From NCBI GenBank assembly GCA_963771175.1, contig CAVYSY010000038.1, forward strand, positions 1-64,000: a DNA stretch of 64,000 bases. The letters run 5' to 3'. The notes below the pieces were generated by a model that did no database searches, was not told the DNA's origin, and saw nothing but the letters and a program-made list of their open reading frames with translations. The position numbers and the translations under genes are program-made. Positions 1-12,119 of the stretch are shown one piece after another. Within the stretch, counting starts at the first letter, position 1. Every line of letters begins with the position of its first letter. Source of the DNA: an uncultured delta proteobacterium (GTDB lineage: Bacteria > Myxococcota > Myxococcia > Myxococcales > Myxococcaceae).

Positions 1-697
1 AAGGCCCAGTACGGCTACATCCAGGCGGCCATCGGGGCGGCGCGCGCCGGCAAGGTGGACGCGCTCTGCACGGCCCCCGTGTCGAAGGAGCAGATTTCGC
101 GCGCGGGGATTTCCTTCATGGGGCACACCAGGGTGCTGGCCGAGGCGTTCGGCCGCGAGGTGCTGATGCTCATGGACGGCCCGCGGGTGCGGGTGGCGCT
201 GGCGACGAACCACGTGCCGCTGGTGGGAAGTCTCCCGGCTGCTGACGGTGGAGCGGTTGGTGGGCCAGCTCCGACTGTTCGTCGCGGAGCCTGAAGCCGG
301 TGGTGGGCCGGGCGCCTCGCATCGGCGTGCTGAGCTTCAACCCGCACGCGGGCGAGGGCGGGCTGCTGGGGCGCGAGGAGGTGGAGGTCCTCACACCGGC
401 CATCAAGCGCGCGCGCAAGCTGCGGGTGGACGCGCACGGGCCCCTGGCGGCCGACGGGCTCTTCGCCCAGGTGGAGCACTTCCCCTACGACGTGGTGCTG
501 GCGATGTACCACGACCAGGGACTCATCCGGCCGAGAGCCTGGACTTCGAGCGCACGGTGAACGTGACGCTCGGGCTGCCCGTGCCGCAGGACGTCGCCGG
601 ACCACGGCACGGCCTACGGCATCGCCGGCACGGGCAAGGCGAGCAGCGTTCCCATGGTGGAAGCGCTGCTCAAGGCCGCCAGCTCGCCGCGCGCTGA
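1..697 (+). CDS. pdxA: 4-hydroxythreonine-4-phosphate dehydrogenase PdxA (5'-truncated by window, frameshifted)
   Basis: Motifs spread over frames: CTAPVSKE, GHT..LA, ALATNHVPL, NPHAGEGG..G.EE, GPLAADGLF, LAMYHDQGLI, VNVTLGLP, TSPDHGTA. Confidence 0.9.
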
Positions 698-703
698 GCC
701 CGC

Positions 704-2338
704 TCAGTACGTGAACGGGAAGCGCACCGGCTCGCGGCTCCGCATGCGGTGCCGCGGGAACTTCCACGAGCGCACCTGCGCCTCCATGCAGCGGGCGAAC
801 GGCGTGCCCTTGAGAGCCTCGGTCTCCATGAGGACCTCGGAGGCCGTGCCACTCGGCTGGACGCGCCAGCGCAACACGAAGCGGCCCTTGTCGGTGTCCG
901 GGTCGCGCGGGGGCTCGTGCGTCTCGAGGCAGGAGACGATGCCCGTCCTTGTGCGAGCCCCCACCACCTGCATGACGTCCGAGGGTGGAGAGGGACTCGG
1001 GCAGCTCCTCGCCGGGCTCGGGCGGGAGGTAGACGGTGCGCTTGGAGCGCGAATCCTCCGACTTGGGGCCCGAGAAGAGCTCCTTCTCGAACTCCTTGTC
1101 GAGCGAGTCATCGAAGTTGGTTGGGTCCGCGGCCGGGGTGTCGTCCGCCACCGCCTTGCCACCCTGGGCAAGGACACGGGCTTGGGCGAGGACACGGGCT
1201 TCAGCTGGGCGCGGGCACGGGCGCGGGAGGCGGCTGCGAACGACGCTGCAGGGCCGAATCGGCGGCCTGCGCGATGCGCTCCTCCGCGACGGCCCGGGGC
1301 TTCTCCGCACCACGGGCGCGACCGCGGCCACCTTCCGCGACGTCTCGGACGGGGCGGGGGCGGGCACCTGCGCCGAGGCGGTGACGACCTTGGCCTCCTG
1401 CTTCTCGACCACCGGCGCGACCGGGGCCGGAGGAGGAGGCTGGGGCGCGGCCGGAGCGGGCTGCACCGCCGGAGCCGCCGCGACCACGGGCGCACTCGGC
1501 CGCGGGGCGGCGGGAGCGGGCTCCTGCGTGGGAGGTGGCGGCGTGGCGGCGACCGGCACGGGAGCGGCCTGTCGCGGCGTCTCCGGGGCCACGGCGACCG
1601 GCGGCGCGGCGGCCTCGGGCACCCGCTCCGGAGCGCTCCGGAGCCGTGGCAGGAGGAGCAACGCCCCCATGGCGAGGCCCACGGCCGTGGCGCCCATCAG
1701 AGCGCCGACCACGAGCCCCTTCACCCGCCGCGAGGGCTCGGGGGCCACGGGAGCCTCGGGCATCACCAGGGCGGGGATGACGGCCGGAGCCACGGGCACC
1801 GGAGCCACCAGGGCGGCGCGGGCACGGGCACGGGCAGCGGTGCGAAGTGCGGAGGCAGCACGGGCTCGGCGACGGGAGCGCTCGAGGTGTCGAGCATCGC
1901 CGAGCGCGCCTCCTCCTTCGCCTCCTCCTTCTCAGCCTGAACCTTGCGCATCCATGCCTCCTCCTCCGCGATGAGCGAGGGGAGCGCGGAGACGACCTTC
2001 GCCGTCGACGCGTCCTCCTTCGCCGGGGCTGGAGCCGCGCCGGCCGCCACCGTGGGCAACCCCGCGTCCGTCAGCGCGGCCACGAGCTCGGGCACGCTCG
2101 ACAGCGGCCTCCACTGGGACCAGGTCTCGCACCAGCAGAGGGTGTCGGGGCCGAGCGCGCCGTGGTGCCACAGCTCGCGCAGCCGCTCCAGGCGGAACGG
2201 CCCCGCGGGCTGCGCGTCCCGCTCCAGGAACCACTCCATGGAGCCCACCGCCACGGGCGCGGCCTCCACGAGCGCGGCCTCCACGGTTATGGCCTCCGCC
2301 GATGCGCCGAAGAGCGCATCGTCGAAGATGGCGTCCAT
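704..2338 (-). CDS. GYF_2 domain + TM + Pro/Ala linker + AgmX/PglI (TonB-C-like) C-terminal domain protein, GltJ/AgmX-like paralog (frameshifted; start uncertain)
   Basis: WFLERDAQPAGPF..L..LW..G.LGPDTLCW..W..W GYF_2 pattern; TM GLVVGALMGATAVGLAMGALLL; C-terminal IVSC..RFVLRWRVQPSG..FARCM...VRSWKFP..VRFPFTY. Confidence 0.75.
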
Positions 2339-2808
2339 GTCGTCCGGGCGCACCGAGCCCAGCGCGGACTGGACGCTGACGGGAGTCGCCTCGGACCGAG
2401 GCGGGGAGAGCACCGGAGGCCGTACGCCGCCCCCGCCCGCGAAATGGACCTGCCCTCGATACCTGACTGGTGTCCGCCCACACGCCCTCCTTCCGGCCCC
2501 CGACCACCCCGACAAAGGGACAGCTTGCAGGGCCGAAATTAAGGACGTCCGAAGGGGGCGCCAGGATTCACGCCCCTCGGTACGAGGGACACCATCCGGT
2601 TCCGAGCACTTTCCGGGGAAAGAAAGTTCCGAGCCTGACGCTCGGGACTCCCGGGGAAGTACAAACCCCTGGACCCCCTGACTACGGCGCTTCCGTGGAG
2701 CTCCGCTCCATCCCTCGTCAGGCAACCCGTCCCGTTCCTGGACTCCTGACGGTAATAGGCAATCCAGGAAAGGATGGTAGTGTCTGGCGTTGGGGAGAGT
2801 GAGCGCAG

Positions 2809-3990
2809 ATGGTGGACCTGCCAGAGAGACTTCTTCAGCAGCGGGAGAAGGCCGGGCAGCTCGCCGCCCGGGAGCGACTGGACGTGGCGCTCGCCGAGTT
2901 CCAGAAGCTCGAGCAGGAGGGCCGTCCGGAGGAGGCCGCCGCGGGCTACGAGGGGCTGGCGAAGGCCTGGGCCCTGGGCAGTCGGCCCCTGCGAGCCATC
3001 GCGGCCTGCAAGGCCCTGCAGCGGCTCGAGCCGCGACACACCCGGACGCAGGCCCTGCTCGCGGAGCTCTACACGAAGCGCTCGGGGTCGTTTCCCCGCC
3101 CGGTGGAGGGCGGCGCGGCACCCGCCGAGTTCGAGCTCCTCCCGGACAGGGAGGTCCCGGCGCCGGTGCCCATCTTCTCCAAGCTGGACCGCGACGCCTT
3201 CCTCGCGCTGCTCGAGGCGATGGAGGTGCGCACCTACGCGGCGGGCCAGACGCTGGCCCATGCGGGCGAGCCCTGCACGTCGATGTTCCTCATGGTGGAG
3301 GGGCGTGCGGACCTCGTGCTGAAGCGGGAGGCCGAGGCACCCCAGGAGGTGCTGCCGCTGGTGGAGGGAGGCGTCTTCGGGGAGACGGCGCTCATCACCG
3401 AGGCGCCCCGGTTGGCGAGCGTGGAGGTGACGGCACCCTCGACGGTGCTGGAGCTGACGCGGACGCGGATGGCGGAGCTGTCCCGGCGGCACCCGCTGGT
3501 GGAGCTGGCGGTGCAGTCCTTCTACCGGGAGCGCGCGGTGGACAACCTGCTGCGCACCCACCCGATGTTCTCCCTGCTGAGCTACGAGCAGAAGCGGGCC
3601 GTGGCGCGTGACTTCCAGCTCCAGCGGGTGGAGGCGGGCAAGGTGCTGCTCACCGCCGGGCACATGGGAGACGCCGTCTACCTGCTGCTGCGCGGCCGGT
3701 GCACGCCCTACCACGTGCACCCGGGCGGGCATGAGACGACCTACCCGAAGCTGCGCGAGGGCGATGTCTTCGGGGAGATCTCCCTGCTGCTGGACAGGCC
3801 GGTGACGGCGATGGTGCGGACGGATGTTCCGTGCGTCCTGCTGCGGCTGGACCGGTCGGCGTGCGAGCGACACATCTTCAGCCAGCCGGGAATGAAGGGC
3901 GCGCTGATGCGGATGGGCACCGAGCGACTGCACCGCACCGCCCGGGTGCTCGCGGAACGGTCACTGCACGATGGGGAGCCGAGCGCCTGA
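2809..3990 (+). CDS. Tandem cyclic-nucleotide-binding domain protein with N-terminal TPR-like helices
   Basis: Two CNB signatures: GVFGETAL...PRLASV and GDVFGEISLL..PVTAMV. Confidence 0.85.
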   Translation: MVDLPERLLQQREKAGQLAARERLDVALAEFQKLEQEGRPEEAAAGYEGLAKAWALGSRPLRAIAACKALQRLEPRHTRTQALLAELYTKRSGSFPRPVEGGAAPAEFELLPDREVPAPVPIFSKLDRDAFLALLEAMEVRTYAAGQTLAHAGEPCTSMFLMVEGRADLVLKREAEAPQEVLPLVEGGVFGETALITEAPRLASVEVTAPSTVLELTRTRMAELSRRHPLVELAVQSFYRERAVDNLLRTHPMFSLLSYEQKRAVARDFQLQRVEAGKVLLTAGHMGDAVYLLLRGRCTPYHVHPGGHETTYPKLREGDVFGEISLLLDRPVTAMVRTDVPCVLLRLDRSACERHIFSQPGMKGALMRMGTERLHRTARVLAERSLHDGEPSA

Positions 3991-4152
3991 CGCGGCCCGC
4001 CCCGCGCGCTTCCCTGGGTGCCAGGCGAAGCGAGGAACGTGCCTCCCATCGAATCCTGGGATGGCGACGAGGCGGACACCTTGCGCCTGAGACTGCGAGT
4101 GCGAACTGTAAGTGTTCTGCCCTTCAGCATGTAACGAGCCTGGAGGACAGAC

Positions 4153-5169
4153 ATGGCAGAGCTCACCCGTGGGGAGAGCACGCGGCAGGGGACGTATGGT
4201 GGCGAGTCGGTGGAGCGGCGACTGCCAGAGCATCTTGGTGACGGGTGGGACTTCCACTGGGAGGGATTGGACCGGGCGCATGACGCGCTCGCGGGCGGCG
4301 AGACGACGCGGGGCATGTGGACCCTGTTCTCCACGCTGGGGCACGCGCGCTCCGTGATGGTCCACGAGGACTGGAAGCGCTTCTGCCAGGACTGTCTCTC
4401 GCACCCCATCCGGGAGCTCGTGCACCAGGACCCCATCGCGCGCAGGAGCTTCGCGAGACCGCGCGGGTACGCGGGAGACGCGGTGCTGCTCGACCTCATG
4501 TACCAGACGGAGATGCCGGAGCGGACCCGCGCCTCGAGGCTGGGCCAGGAGCTCTGCCAGTTCATGTACGAGCAGCCGAGTGCCATCAGCCTCCGCTGGC
4601 GACGGGACATGCTGGCGCGGCGGCTCGACGAGCTCGCGGAAGAGCTCCCGGAGGCGCGAGTCCTCTCGGTGGCCTGCGGTCACCTGCGCGAGGCCCAGTG
4701 CTCCGAGGCCGTGCGGGAGCGGCGGTTCGGCCGGTTCCTGGCGCTCGACCAGGACCCCAAGAGCCTGGCCGTGGTCCAGCGCGAGCTGGTGCCGCTCGGA
4801 GTCGAGGCGGTCCCCGGCTCGGTCAAGGCGCTGCTGAAGGGGCAGCAGACGTTCTCCGACCTGGACTTCATCTACGCGGCGGGCCTCTACGACTACCTGC
4901 CCCAGCCCGTCGCCATCCGGCTGAGCCACATCCTCTTCTCGATGCTGCGCTCCGGCGGGCGGTTGCTGCTGGCCAACTACACCGACGGCGCCTTCGACAG
5001 GGGCTGCAAGGCGTACATGGAAGCCTTCATGGACTGGTGGCTCCTCTACCGGGAGGAGCCCGAGCTGTGCGAGTGGCTCCAGGACATCCCCCGGAACGAG
5101 CTGGCCACGCAGCGGCTCTTCCGGGACGACATCGGCAACATCGCCTACCTCGAGGCCACCCGCCGCTGA
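4153..5169 (+). CDS. Class I SAM-dependent methyltransferase
   Basis: PRGYAGD, VLSVACGHLRE (motif I variant), LDQD, DFIYAAGLYDYL, LRSGGRLLLAN; RBS GGAGG upstream. Confidence 0.8.
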   Translation: MAELTRGESTRQGTYGGESVERRLPEHLGDGWDFHWEGLDRAHDALAGGETTRGMWTLFSTLGHARSVMVHEDWKRFCQDCLSHPIRELVHQDPIARRSFARPRGYAGDAVLLDLMYQTEMPERTRASRLGQELCQFMYEQPSAISLRWRRDMLARRLDELAEELPEARVLSVACGHLREAQCSEAVRERRFGRFLALDQDPKSLAVVQRELVPLGVEAVPGSVKALLKGQQTFSDLDFIYAAGLYDYLPQPVAIRLSHILFSMLRSGGRLLLANYTDGAFDRGCKAYMEAFMDWWLLYREEPELCEWLQDIPRNELATQRLFRDDIGNIAYLEATRR

Positions 5170-5290
5170 GGCCCCCGGAAAAGCGAAAGGGGGAAGGCCC
5201 TGATGGAGCCCTCCCCCGTCGCTCATGGACCCGCTCCTTCTGGGAGCGGGTCGAGGCGGTGGCCTCTAGCCTGGCCGCCCCTCACGCGCT

Positions 5291-5623
5291 TCAACGGTGG
5301 GCGTGAAGCCCCTCGGCGTAGTGCTGCAACTGGCGCCGGGCAGCATCGAAGGCATCGTTCACGGCCTGGTAGGGGTCCTCGTGCGCGGCGCGCTCACCAT
5401 GATCGCGGTCGACCACGATGTTCTTGCCGGGCACGTGCAGGTCCAGGTGGACGTGGAAATGCTTGCCCTGCTGATGATGCCGGTGCGGCTCCTCCACCAC
5501 CACGTGGCAGCCGGTGATGCCATCGAAGAACTGCTCGAGCTTGTCCGCGTTGTCGCGGATGTGCGCCGCGAGGGCATCGCTGGGGTTCATTCCACGGAAG
5601 GTGATCTGCAGGTCTCGCTTCAT
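5291..5623 (-). CDS. HPF/RaiA family ribosome-associated protein (short form)
   Basis: MKRDLQITFRGMNPSDAL..I...KLE.F....I..C.VV...H...F.V...L.VPG...D.Y.A..DAFD.A.RQL. Confidence 0.85.
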   Translation of the reverse strand: MKRDLQITFRGMNPSDALAAHIRDNADKLEQFFDGITGCHVVVEEPHRHHQQGKHFHVHLDLHVPGKNIVVDRDHGERAAHEDPYQAVNDAFDAARRQLQHYAEGLHAHR

Positions 5624-5677
5624 CTTCGCGCCTCTTGCTTGGCTCCCCGTTGGAGCCGTCGTGACGACCTCTCCTAT

Positions 5678-5694
5678 TGCATGCGGAGCGCCAA
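5678..5694 (-). promoter_or_regulatory. Putative sigma54 (-24/-12) promoter of the HPF-family gene
   Basis: Minus strand TTGGCGCTCCGCATGCA: GG-N10-GC spacing, ~55 nt upstream of the ATG. Confidence 0.55.
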
Positions 5695-5920
5695 CGCCTA
5701 TTCCCTCGGAATTCAGTGGGTTGGAGCGGGCCCCGAGCGCAGTGTTTGCGGTGGCCCCCGGCGGGCGCGCAGCCTTTGCGGAAGAAGGCTTGGGGAAGCA
5801 CCAGGAGTGAAAAGCCCCCCACGGGCCGACTCCCTCCTCCCAGGACAGCCGGACAGGCTCGCGCTGCGATGCGTCGAAGCCAGCCCCACCTTTCTCCATC
5901 ACCCGAGAGGAGGCGCGCGC

Positions 5921-6829
5921 GTGATTCGCATCGGCCCTGCGGGATGGAGCTACGACGATTGGGCGGGGGTGGTGTACCCGAAACCGAAGCCGAAGGGGTT
6001 CGACCCGCTGGCCTTCCTGGCGGGGTACTTCGACGCACTGGAGCTGAACACCAGCTTCTACCGGCCGGTGAGCCGCCACAACGTGGAGCTCTGGCTGGAG
6101 CGCACGGACTTCAACCCGGACTTCCGCTTCACCGCGAAGCTGTGGAAGCGCTTCACCCACGAGCGGGACGCGGTGTGGACTGCGGAGGAGGTCCGCCAGA
6201 CGCGGGCCGGGCTGGACGTGATGCAGGAGGCCGGGCGGCTGGGGGCGGTGCTGATGCAGTTCCCCTGGTCATTCCGCAACACCGAGGAGAACCGGGACTG
6301 GCTGGACGCGCTGGTGAGCGAGTTCACCGACTGGCCGCTGGTGCTGGAGGTGCGGCACGCGTCGTGGAACGAGCGGGACGTATTCGAGGAACTGGCGGAG
6401 CGGGGGGTGGGCTTCGTGAACATCGACCAACCGCTCTTCAAGAGCTCGCTGGGCCCGAGCGCGCGGGTGACGTCCTCGGTGGGCTACGTGCGGGTGCACG
6501 GGCGCAACTACCGCAACTGGTTCCGCAAGACGGCGAGCGTGCTGGAGCGCTACGACTACCTGTACACGGCGAAGGAGCTGAAGCCCTGGGCCGAGCGCAC
6601 GAAGGAGATGGCGGCGCACCCGCGGGTGAGCGACGTGTACGTGGTGACCAACAACCACGTGCGAGGCAAGGGCGTGGCCAACGCGATGATGCTGCAGACG
6701 ATGCTCACGGGCCGGAAGGTGCGGGCGCCCGAGACCCTGGTGCGCGAGTACCGGGACACGCTCGGGCCCTACGTGCTGCCGCCCGAGGCGGAGACGCCCG
6801 AGCCCCCCGGCGCGAGCCCCGCGGGGTGA
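5921..6829 (+). CDS. DUF72 (YecE-like) domain protein
   Basis: IRIGPAGWSYDDW..Y, ELNTSFY, F.FTAK, L.QFP, EVRH.SW, YVRVHGRN, YDYLY, NNH; GTG start after GGAGG. Confidence 0.9.
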   Translation: MIRIGPAGWSYDDWAGVVYPKPKPKGFDPLAFLAGYFDALELNTSFYRPVSRHNVELWLERTDFNPDFRFTAKLWKRFTHERDAVWTAEEVRQTRAGLDVMQEAGRLGAVLMQFPWSFRNTEENRDWLDALVSEFTDWPLVLEVRHASWNERDVFEELAERGVGFVNIDQPLFKSSLGPSARVTSSVGYVRVHGRNYRNWFRKTASVLERYDYLYTAKELKPWAERTKEMAAHPRVSDVYVVTNNHVRGKGVANAMMLQTMLTGRKVRAPETLVREYRDTLGPYVLPPEAETPEPPGASPAG

Positions 6830-6835
6830 GAGACC

Positions 6836-7504
6836 TCACGGAGGGGGACGGCCCAGCGGGTTCCACACGTACTCCTCCGTGGGCGTCATCCGCAGGTTGG
6901 TGAAGCCGTGCCGCTCCACGAAACGCTCGAACCGCTCGGACACCGTCAGGACTCCCTGCCCCCCTCGGGGATGGAAGATGTCCTCGCCCCTCCAGGTGCC
7001 CTCCTCCAGGGTGAAGCCGTGGATGGCGTCGATACCCTCGGAGCGACACTCCTCGCAGGTGGGAGGCCTGACATAGCGGATGCGGCTGCGCGCCACGTCC
7101 ACCGCCGCCCGGCCGAAGCAGACCCTGACGAGCAGATACCGGGGAACGTGAGCGGGCTTGGGGCCTCGCCGCTTCCGGCGCACCCGCACCACCTCCACCG
7201 GGTGGAAGCCATCCAGTCCCGTGAGCCCCTCCTCCCGGAAGGCCTGGGCGAACCGCTCGGACACCAGCAGGTCATTCCCAAAGACCTTGATGAAGTCCCC
7301 GAGCTCCTCGCCATGCAGCACCAACTCTGCTCGGTGGGGCGGAAGCCATGGCTTCATCCCGATGGGATCACCGCACCGCGGGCAGTGGGGACCCGCTCCC
7401 AGGTGGACCGGCTCGACATCTTCAACATCCGCGTCGTAACGGGAAAAGGTGACCCCCTGTTTCAGGACGAAGAAGCGTGGGGAGGCAACGGACTCAGAAG
7501 CCAC
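6836..7504 (-). CDS. Array unit 1 gene B: double-CxxC putative immunity protein (SitI6-like)
   Basis: Intact 222 aa, GTG start; CPRCG and [22 protein letters not shown] and DIF...VSERF repeats resemble the SitI6 copies at 42-44 kb. Confidence 0.75.
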   Translation of the reverse strand: MASESVASPRFFVLKQGVTFSRYDADVEDVEPVHLGAGPHCPRCGDPIGMKPWLPPHRAELVLHGEELGDFIKVFGNDLLVSERFAQAFREEGLTGLDGFHPVEVVRVRRKRRGPKPAHVPRYLLVRVCFGRAAVDVARSRIRYVRPPTCEECRSEGIDAIHGFTLEEGTWRGEDIFHPRGGQGVLTVSERFERFVERHGFTNLRMTPTEEYVWNPLGRPPP

Positions 7505-8026
7505 GAGGGAACCTCCTGAGCATGTCGGGCCGACTGTAGATTTCCCGCAGGAAGGCCTCGAACTCCTTGGGTGTCGCCTTGGAGGGTTGCTCGAGCCACT
7601 CAATGACCTCGGCGTCCACATTCCGGTGCCACTCCTGGTAGCCACAGTGAGCCTGTCTCATCCACGGCCCGGGTGACGAACCGTGGGTCCCTCGGCGTGT
7701 AATGTCCGTTGAGCGCTTTGTGTTCCTCCAACTCCTTGGCGATGGGCCGGGAGATGACGTGGTGCGATCTGCCCCTTGCAATCGGGCGGCTCGGGCGAGG
7801 CGGGGGAGGTCTCGCCCTCGGCCCGAATCGCCTCGATCGCTTTCTGTGCCCCCTGCGCCGCCGCCGCCGCCTGCACTGCGGCCTCAATCTCCGCGGCCAC
7901 TTGCGGCTCACTCAGCCGCAGCGTGTCGCACGCGCCGACCGCCCCCTGCTTGCAATTGCACACCACCGTCAGGTCATTCGCCGCGCACGGAATCTGCGCC
8001 AGCAGCAACAACACCACCGCGAGCAT
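7494..8026 (-). CDS. Array unit 1 gene A: small secreted putative toxin (frameshifted)
   Basis: MLAVVLLLLAQIPC signal-like start; HHVISRPI...AHCGYQEWH; split by indels relative to copies 3 and 4. Confidence 0.7.
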
Positions 8027-8057
8027 CTGGCCCCTCCCGGGCAACTCCCCCAGGCTA

Positions 8058-8808
<751 letters not shown>

Positions 8809-8819
<11 letters not shown>

Positions 8820-9340
8820 GAGGGAACCTCCTGAGCATGTCGGGCCGTCTGTAGATTTCCCGAAGGAAGGCCTCGAACTCCTTGGGTGTCGCCTTGGAGC
8901 GTTGCTCGGAGCCACTCGATGACCTCCGCGTCCACCTTCCGGTGCCACTCCTGGTAACCGCAGTGCGCCTGCTCATCCACGGCCCGGGTGACGAACCGTG
9001 GGTCTCGCGGCTTGTAATGACCGCTCAGCGTTTCATGCTTCTTCAGCTTCTCGGCGATGGGCCGGGAGATGACGTGATGCATCTGCCCCTTGCAATCGGG
9101 CGGCTCGGGTGAGGCGGGGGAGGTCTCTCCCTCGGCCCGAATCGCCTCGATCGCTTTCTGTGCCCCCTGCGCCGCCGCCGCCGCCTGCACTGCGGCCTCA
9201 ATCTCCGCCACCACTTGCGGCTCACTCAGCCGCAGCGTGTCGCACGCGCCGACCGCCCCCTGCTTGCAATTGCACACCACCGTCAGGTCATTCGCCGCGC
9301 ACGGTATCTGCGCCAGCAGCAACAACACCACCGCGAGCAT
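8809..9340 (-). CDS. Array unit 2 gene A: small secreted putative toxin (one frameshift near 8905)
   Basis: Near-identical to unit 3 gene A. Confidence 0.7.
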
Positions 9341-9433
9341 CTGGCCCCTCCCGGGCAACTCCCCCAGGCTACCACCCGGCGACAGGGCGACGTGACCGCA
9401 CCTGCCGTGAAGGAAGTCCTGCTCGGGGAGACT

Positions 9434-10126
9434 TCACGCGGAGCCCGGCTTCGTGGTGGTCAGCGGCTCGGGCCCTCGCGGGTTCCACACGTACTCCTCC
9501 GTGGGCGTCATCCGCAGGTTGGTGAAGCCGTGCCGGGCCACGAATCGCTCGAACCGCTCGGACACCGTCAGGACTCCCTGCCCCCCTCGGGAATGGAAGA
9601 TGTCCTCCCCCCTCCAGGTGCCCTCCTCCAGGGTGAAGCCGTGGATGGCGTCGATACCCTCGGAGCGACACTCCTCGCAGGTGGGAGGCCTGACATAGCG
9701 GATGCGGCTGCGCGCCACGTCCACCGCCGCCCGGCCGAAGCAGACCCTGACGAGCAGATACCGGGGAACATGAGTGGGCTTGGGGCCCCGCCGCTTTCGG
9801 CGTACCCGCACCACCTCCACCGGATGGAAGCCCTCCAGTCCCGTGAGCCCCTCCTCCCGGAAGGCCTGGGCGAACCGCTCGGACACCAGCAGGTCATTCC
9901 CGAAGACCTCGATGAAGTCCCCGAGCTCCTCGCCGTGCAGCACCAACTCGGCCCGGTGAGGCGGAAGCCATGGCTTCATCCCGATGGGCTCACCGCACCG
10001 CGGGCAGCGAGGCCCCTTTCCGAGGTTGCGGGGCTCGACTTTTTCGACGTCTGCATCGTACCGGGACCAGAGGACGCCTTCCTCCAGGACGAAGAAGCGT
10101 GGAGAGGCAACGGACTCAGAAGCCAT
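9434..10126 (-). CDS. Array unit 3 gene B: double-CxxC putative immunity protein
   Basis: Intact 230 aa, MASESVASPRFFVL...; start overlaps the 3' end of gene A by 11 nt. Confidence 0.78.
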   Translation of the reverse strand: MASESVASPRFFVLEEGVLWSRYDADVEKVEPRNLGKGPRCPRCGEPIGMKPWLPPHRAELVLHGEELGDFIEVFGNDLLVSERFAQAFREEGLTGLEGFHPVEVVRVRRKRRGPKPTHVPRYLLVRVCFGRAAVDVARSRIRYVRPPTCEECRSEGIDAIHGFTLEEGTWRGEDIFHSRGGQGVLTVSERFERFVARHGFTNLRMTPTEEYVWNPRGPEPLTTTKPGSA

Positions 10127-10646
10127 GAGGGAACCTCCTGAGCATGTCGGGCCGGCTGTAGATTTCCCGCAGGAAGGTCTCGAACTCCTTGGGTGTCGCC
10201 TTGGAGCGGCGCTTGAGCCAGTCGATGACCTCCTCGTCCACCTTCCGGTGCCAGTCCTGGTAACCGCAGTGCGCCTGCTCATCCACGGCCCGGGTGACGA
10301 ACCGTGGGTCTCTCGGCTTGTAATGACTGCTCAGCGTTTCATGCTCCCCCAGCTTCTCGGCGATGGGCCGGGAGATGACGTGATGCATCTGCCCCTTGCA
10401 ATCGGGCGGCTCGGGTGAGGCGGGGGAGGTCTCGCCCTCGGCCCGAATCGCCTCGATCGCTTTCTGTGCCCCCTGCGCCGCCGCCGCCGCCTGCACCGCC
10501 GCCTCAATCTCCGCGACCACTTGCGGCTCACTCAGCCGCAGCGTGTCGCACGCGCCGACCGCCCCCTGCTTGCAATTGCACACCACCGTCAGGTCATTCG
10601 CCGCGCACGGAATCTGCGCCAGCAGCAACAGCACCACCGCGAGCAT
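10116..10646 (-). CDS. Array unit 3 gene A: small secreted putative toxin, 176 aa
   Basis: Intact; signal-like N-terminus, Cys-rich segment, Ala linker, HH..H.GY..WH domain; RBS GGAGG. Confidence 0.78.
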   Translation of the reverse strand: MLAVVLLLLAQIPCAANDLTVVCNCKQGAVGACDTLRLSEPQVVAEIEAAVQAAAAAQGAQKAIEAIRAEGETSPASPEPPDCKGQMHHVISRPIAEKLGEHETLSSHYKPRDPRFVTRAVDEQAHCGYQDWHRKVDEEVIDWLKRRSKATPKEFETFLREIYSRPDMLRRFPHGF

Positions 10647-10739
10647 CTGGCCCCTCCCAGTCAACTCCCCCAGGCTACCACCCGGCGACAGGGCGACGTG
10701 ACCGCACCTGCCGCGAAGGAAGTCCTGCTCGGGAAGACT

Positions 10740-11424
<685 letters not shown>

Positions 11425-11435
<11 letters not shown>

Positions 11436-11955
11436 GGGGGAACCTCCTGAGCATGTCGGGCCGCCTGTAGATTTCCCGCAGGAAAGCCTCGAACTCCTTG
11501 GGTGTCGCCTTGCGGTAGCGCTCGAGCCAGTCGATGACCTCCGCGTCCACCTTCCGGTGCCAGTCCTGGTAACCGCAGTGCGCCTGCTCATCCACGGCCC
11601 GGGTGACGAACCGCGGGTCTCTCGGCTTGTAATGACCACTCAACGTTTCGTGTGCTTCCAACGCCTTGGCGATGGGTCGGGAGATGACGTGGTGCGTCTG
11701 CCCCTTGCAATCGGGCGGCTCCGGCGAGGCGGGGGAGGTCTCTCCCTCGGCCCGGCTCGCCTCGACCGCTTTCTGTGCGGCCTCGACCGCCGCAGCCGCC
11801 TGCACCGCCTCCTCAATCTCCGCGACCACTTGCGGCTCACTCAGCCGCAGCGTGTCGCACGCGCCGACCGCCCCCTGCTTGCAATTGCACACCACCGTCA
11901 GGTCATTCGCCGCGCACGGTATCTGCGCCAGCAGCAACAACACCACCGCGAGCAT
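11425..11955 (-). CDS. Array unit 4 gene A: small secreted putative toxin, 176 aa
   Basis: Intact; same motifs as unit 3. Confidence 0.78.
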
Positions 11956-11981
11956 CTGGCCCCTCCCGGGCAACGCCCCCC

Positions 11982-11990
11982 AGGCTACCA
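11982..11990 (-). promoter_or_regulatory. Putative extended -10 promoter (TG-G-TAGCCT), repeated in every array unit (also 8052-8060, 9366-9374, 10672-10680)
   Basis: TGnTAnnnT match ~26 nt upstream of each gene A ATG, followed by GGAGG. Confidence 0.45.
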
Positions 11991-12119
11991 CCCGGCGACA
12001 GGGCAGCATGGCCTCCCGTCTTCCCGCCCGGCGCCCGGGCATGCGGGCCCTCACCCCTCCGGCACCGACCGCTGACGCCGACGCGCACCGTTCGCACCTT
12101 CGGGCAGAGGAGGTGCCCA

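Noticed and set aside
1171..1202. Short direct repeat GGACACGGGCTT x2
   Set aside because: Encodes KPVS duplication in a low-complexity linker.
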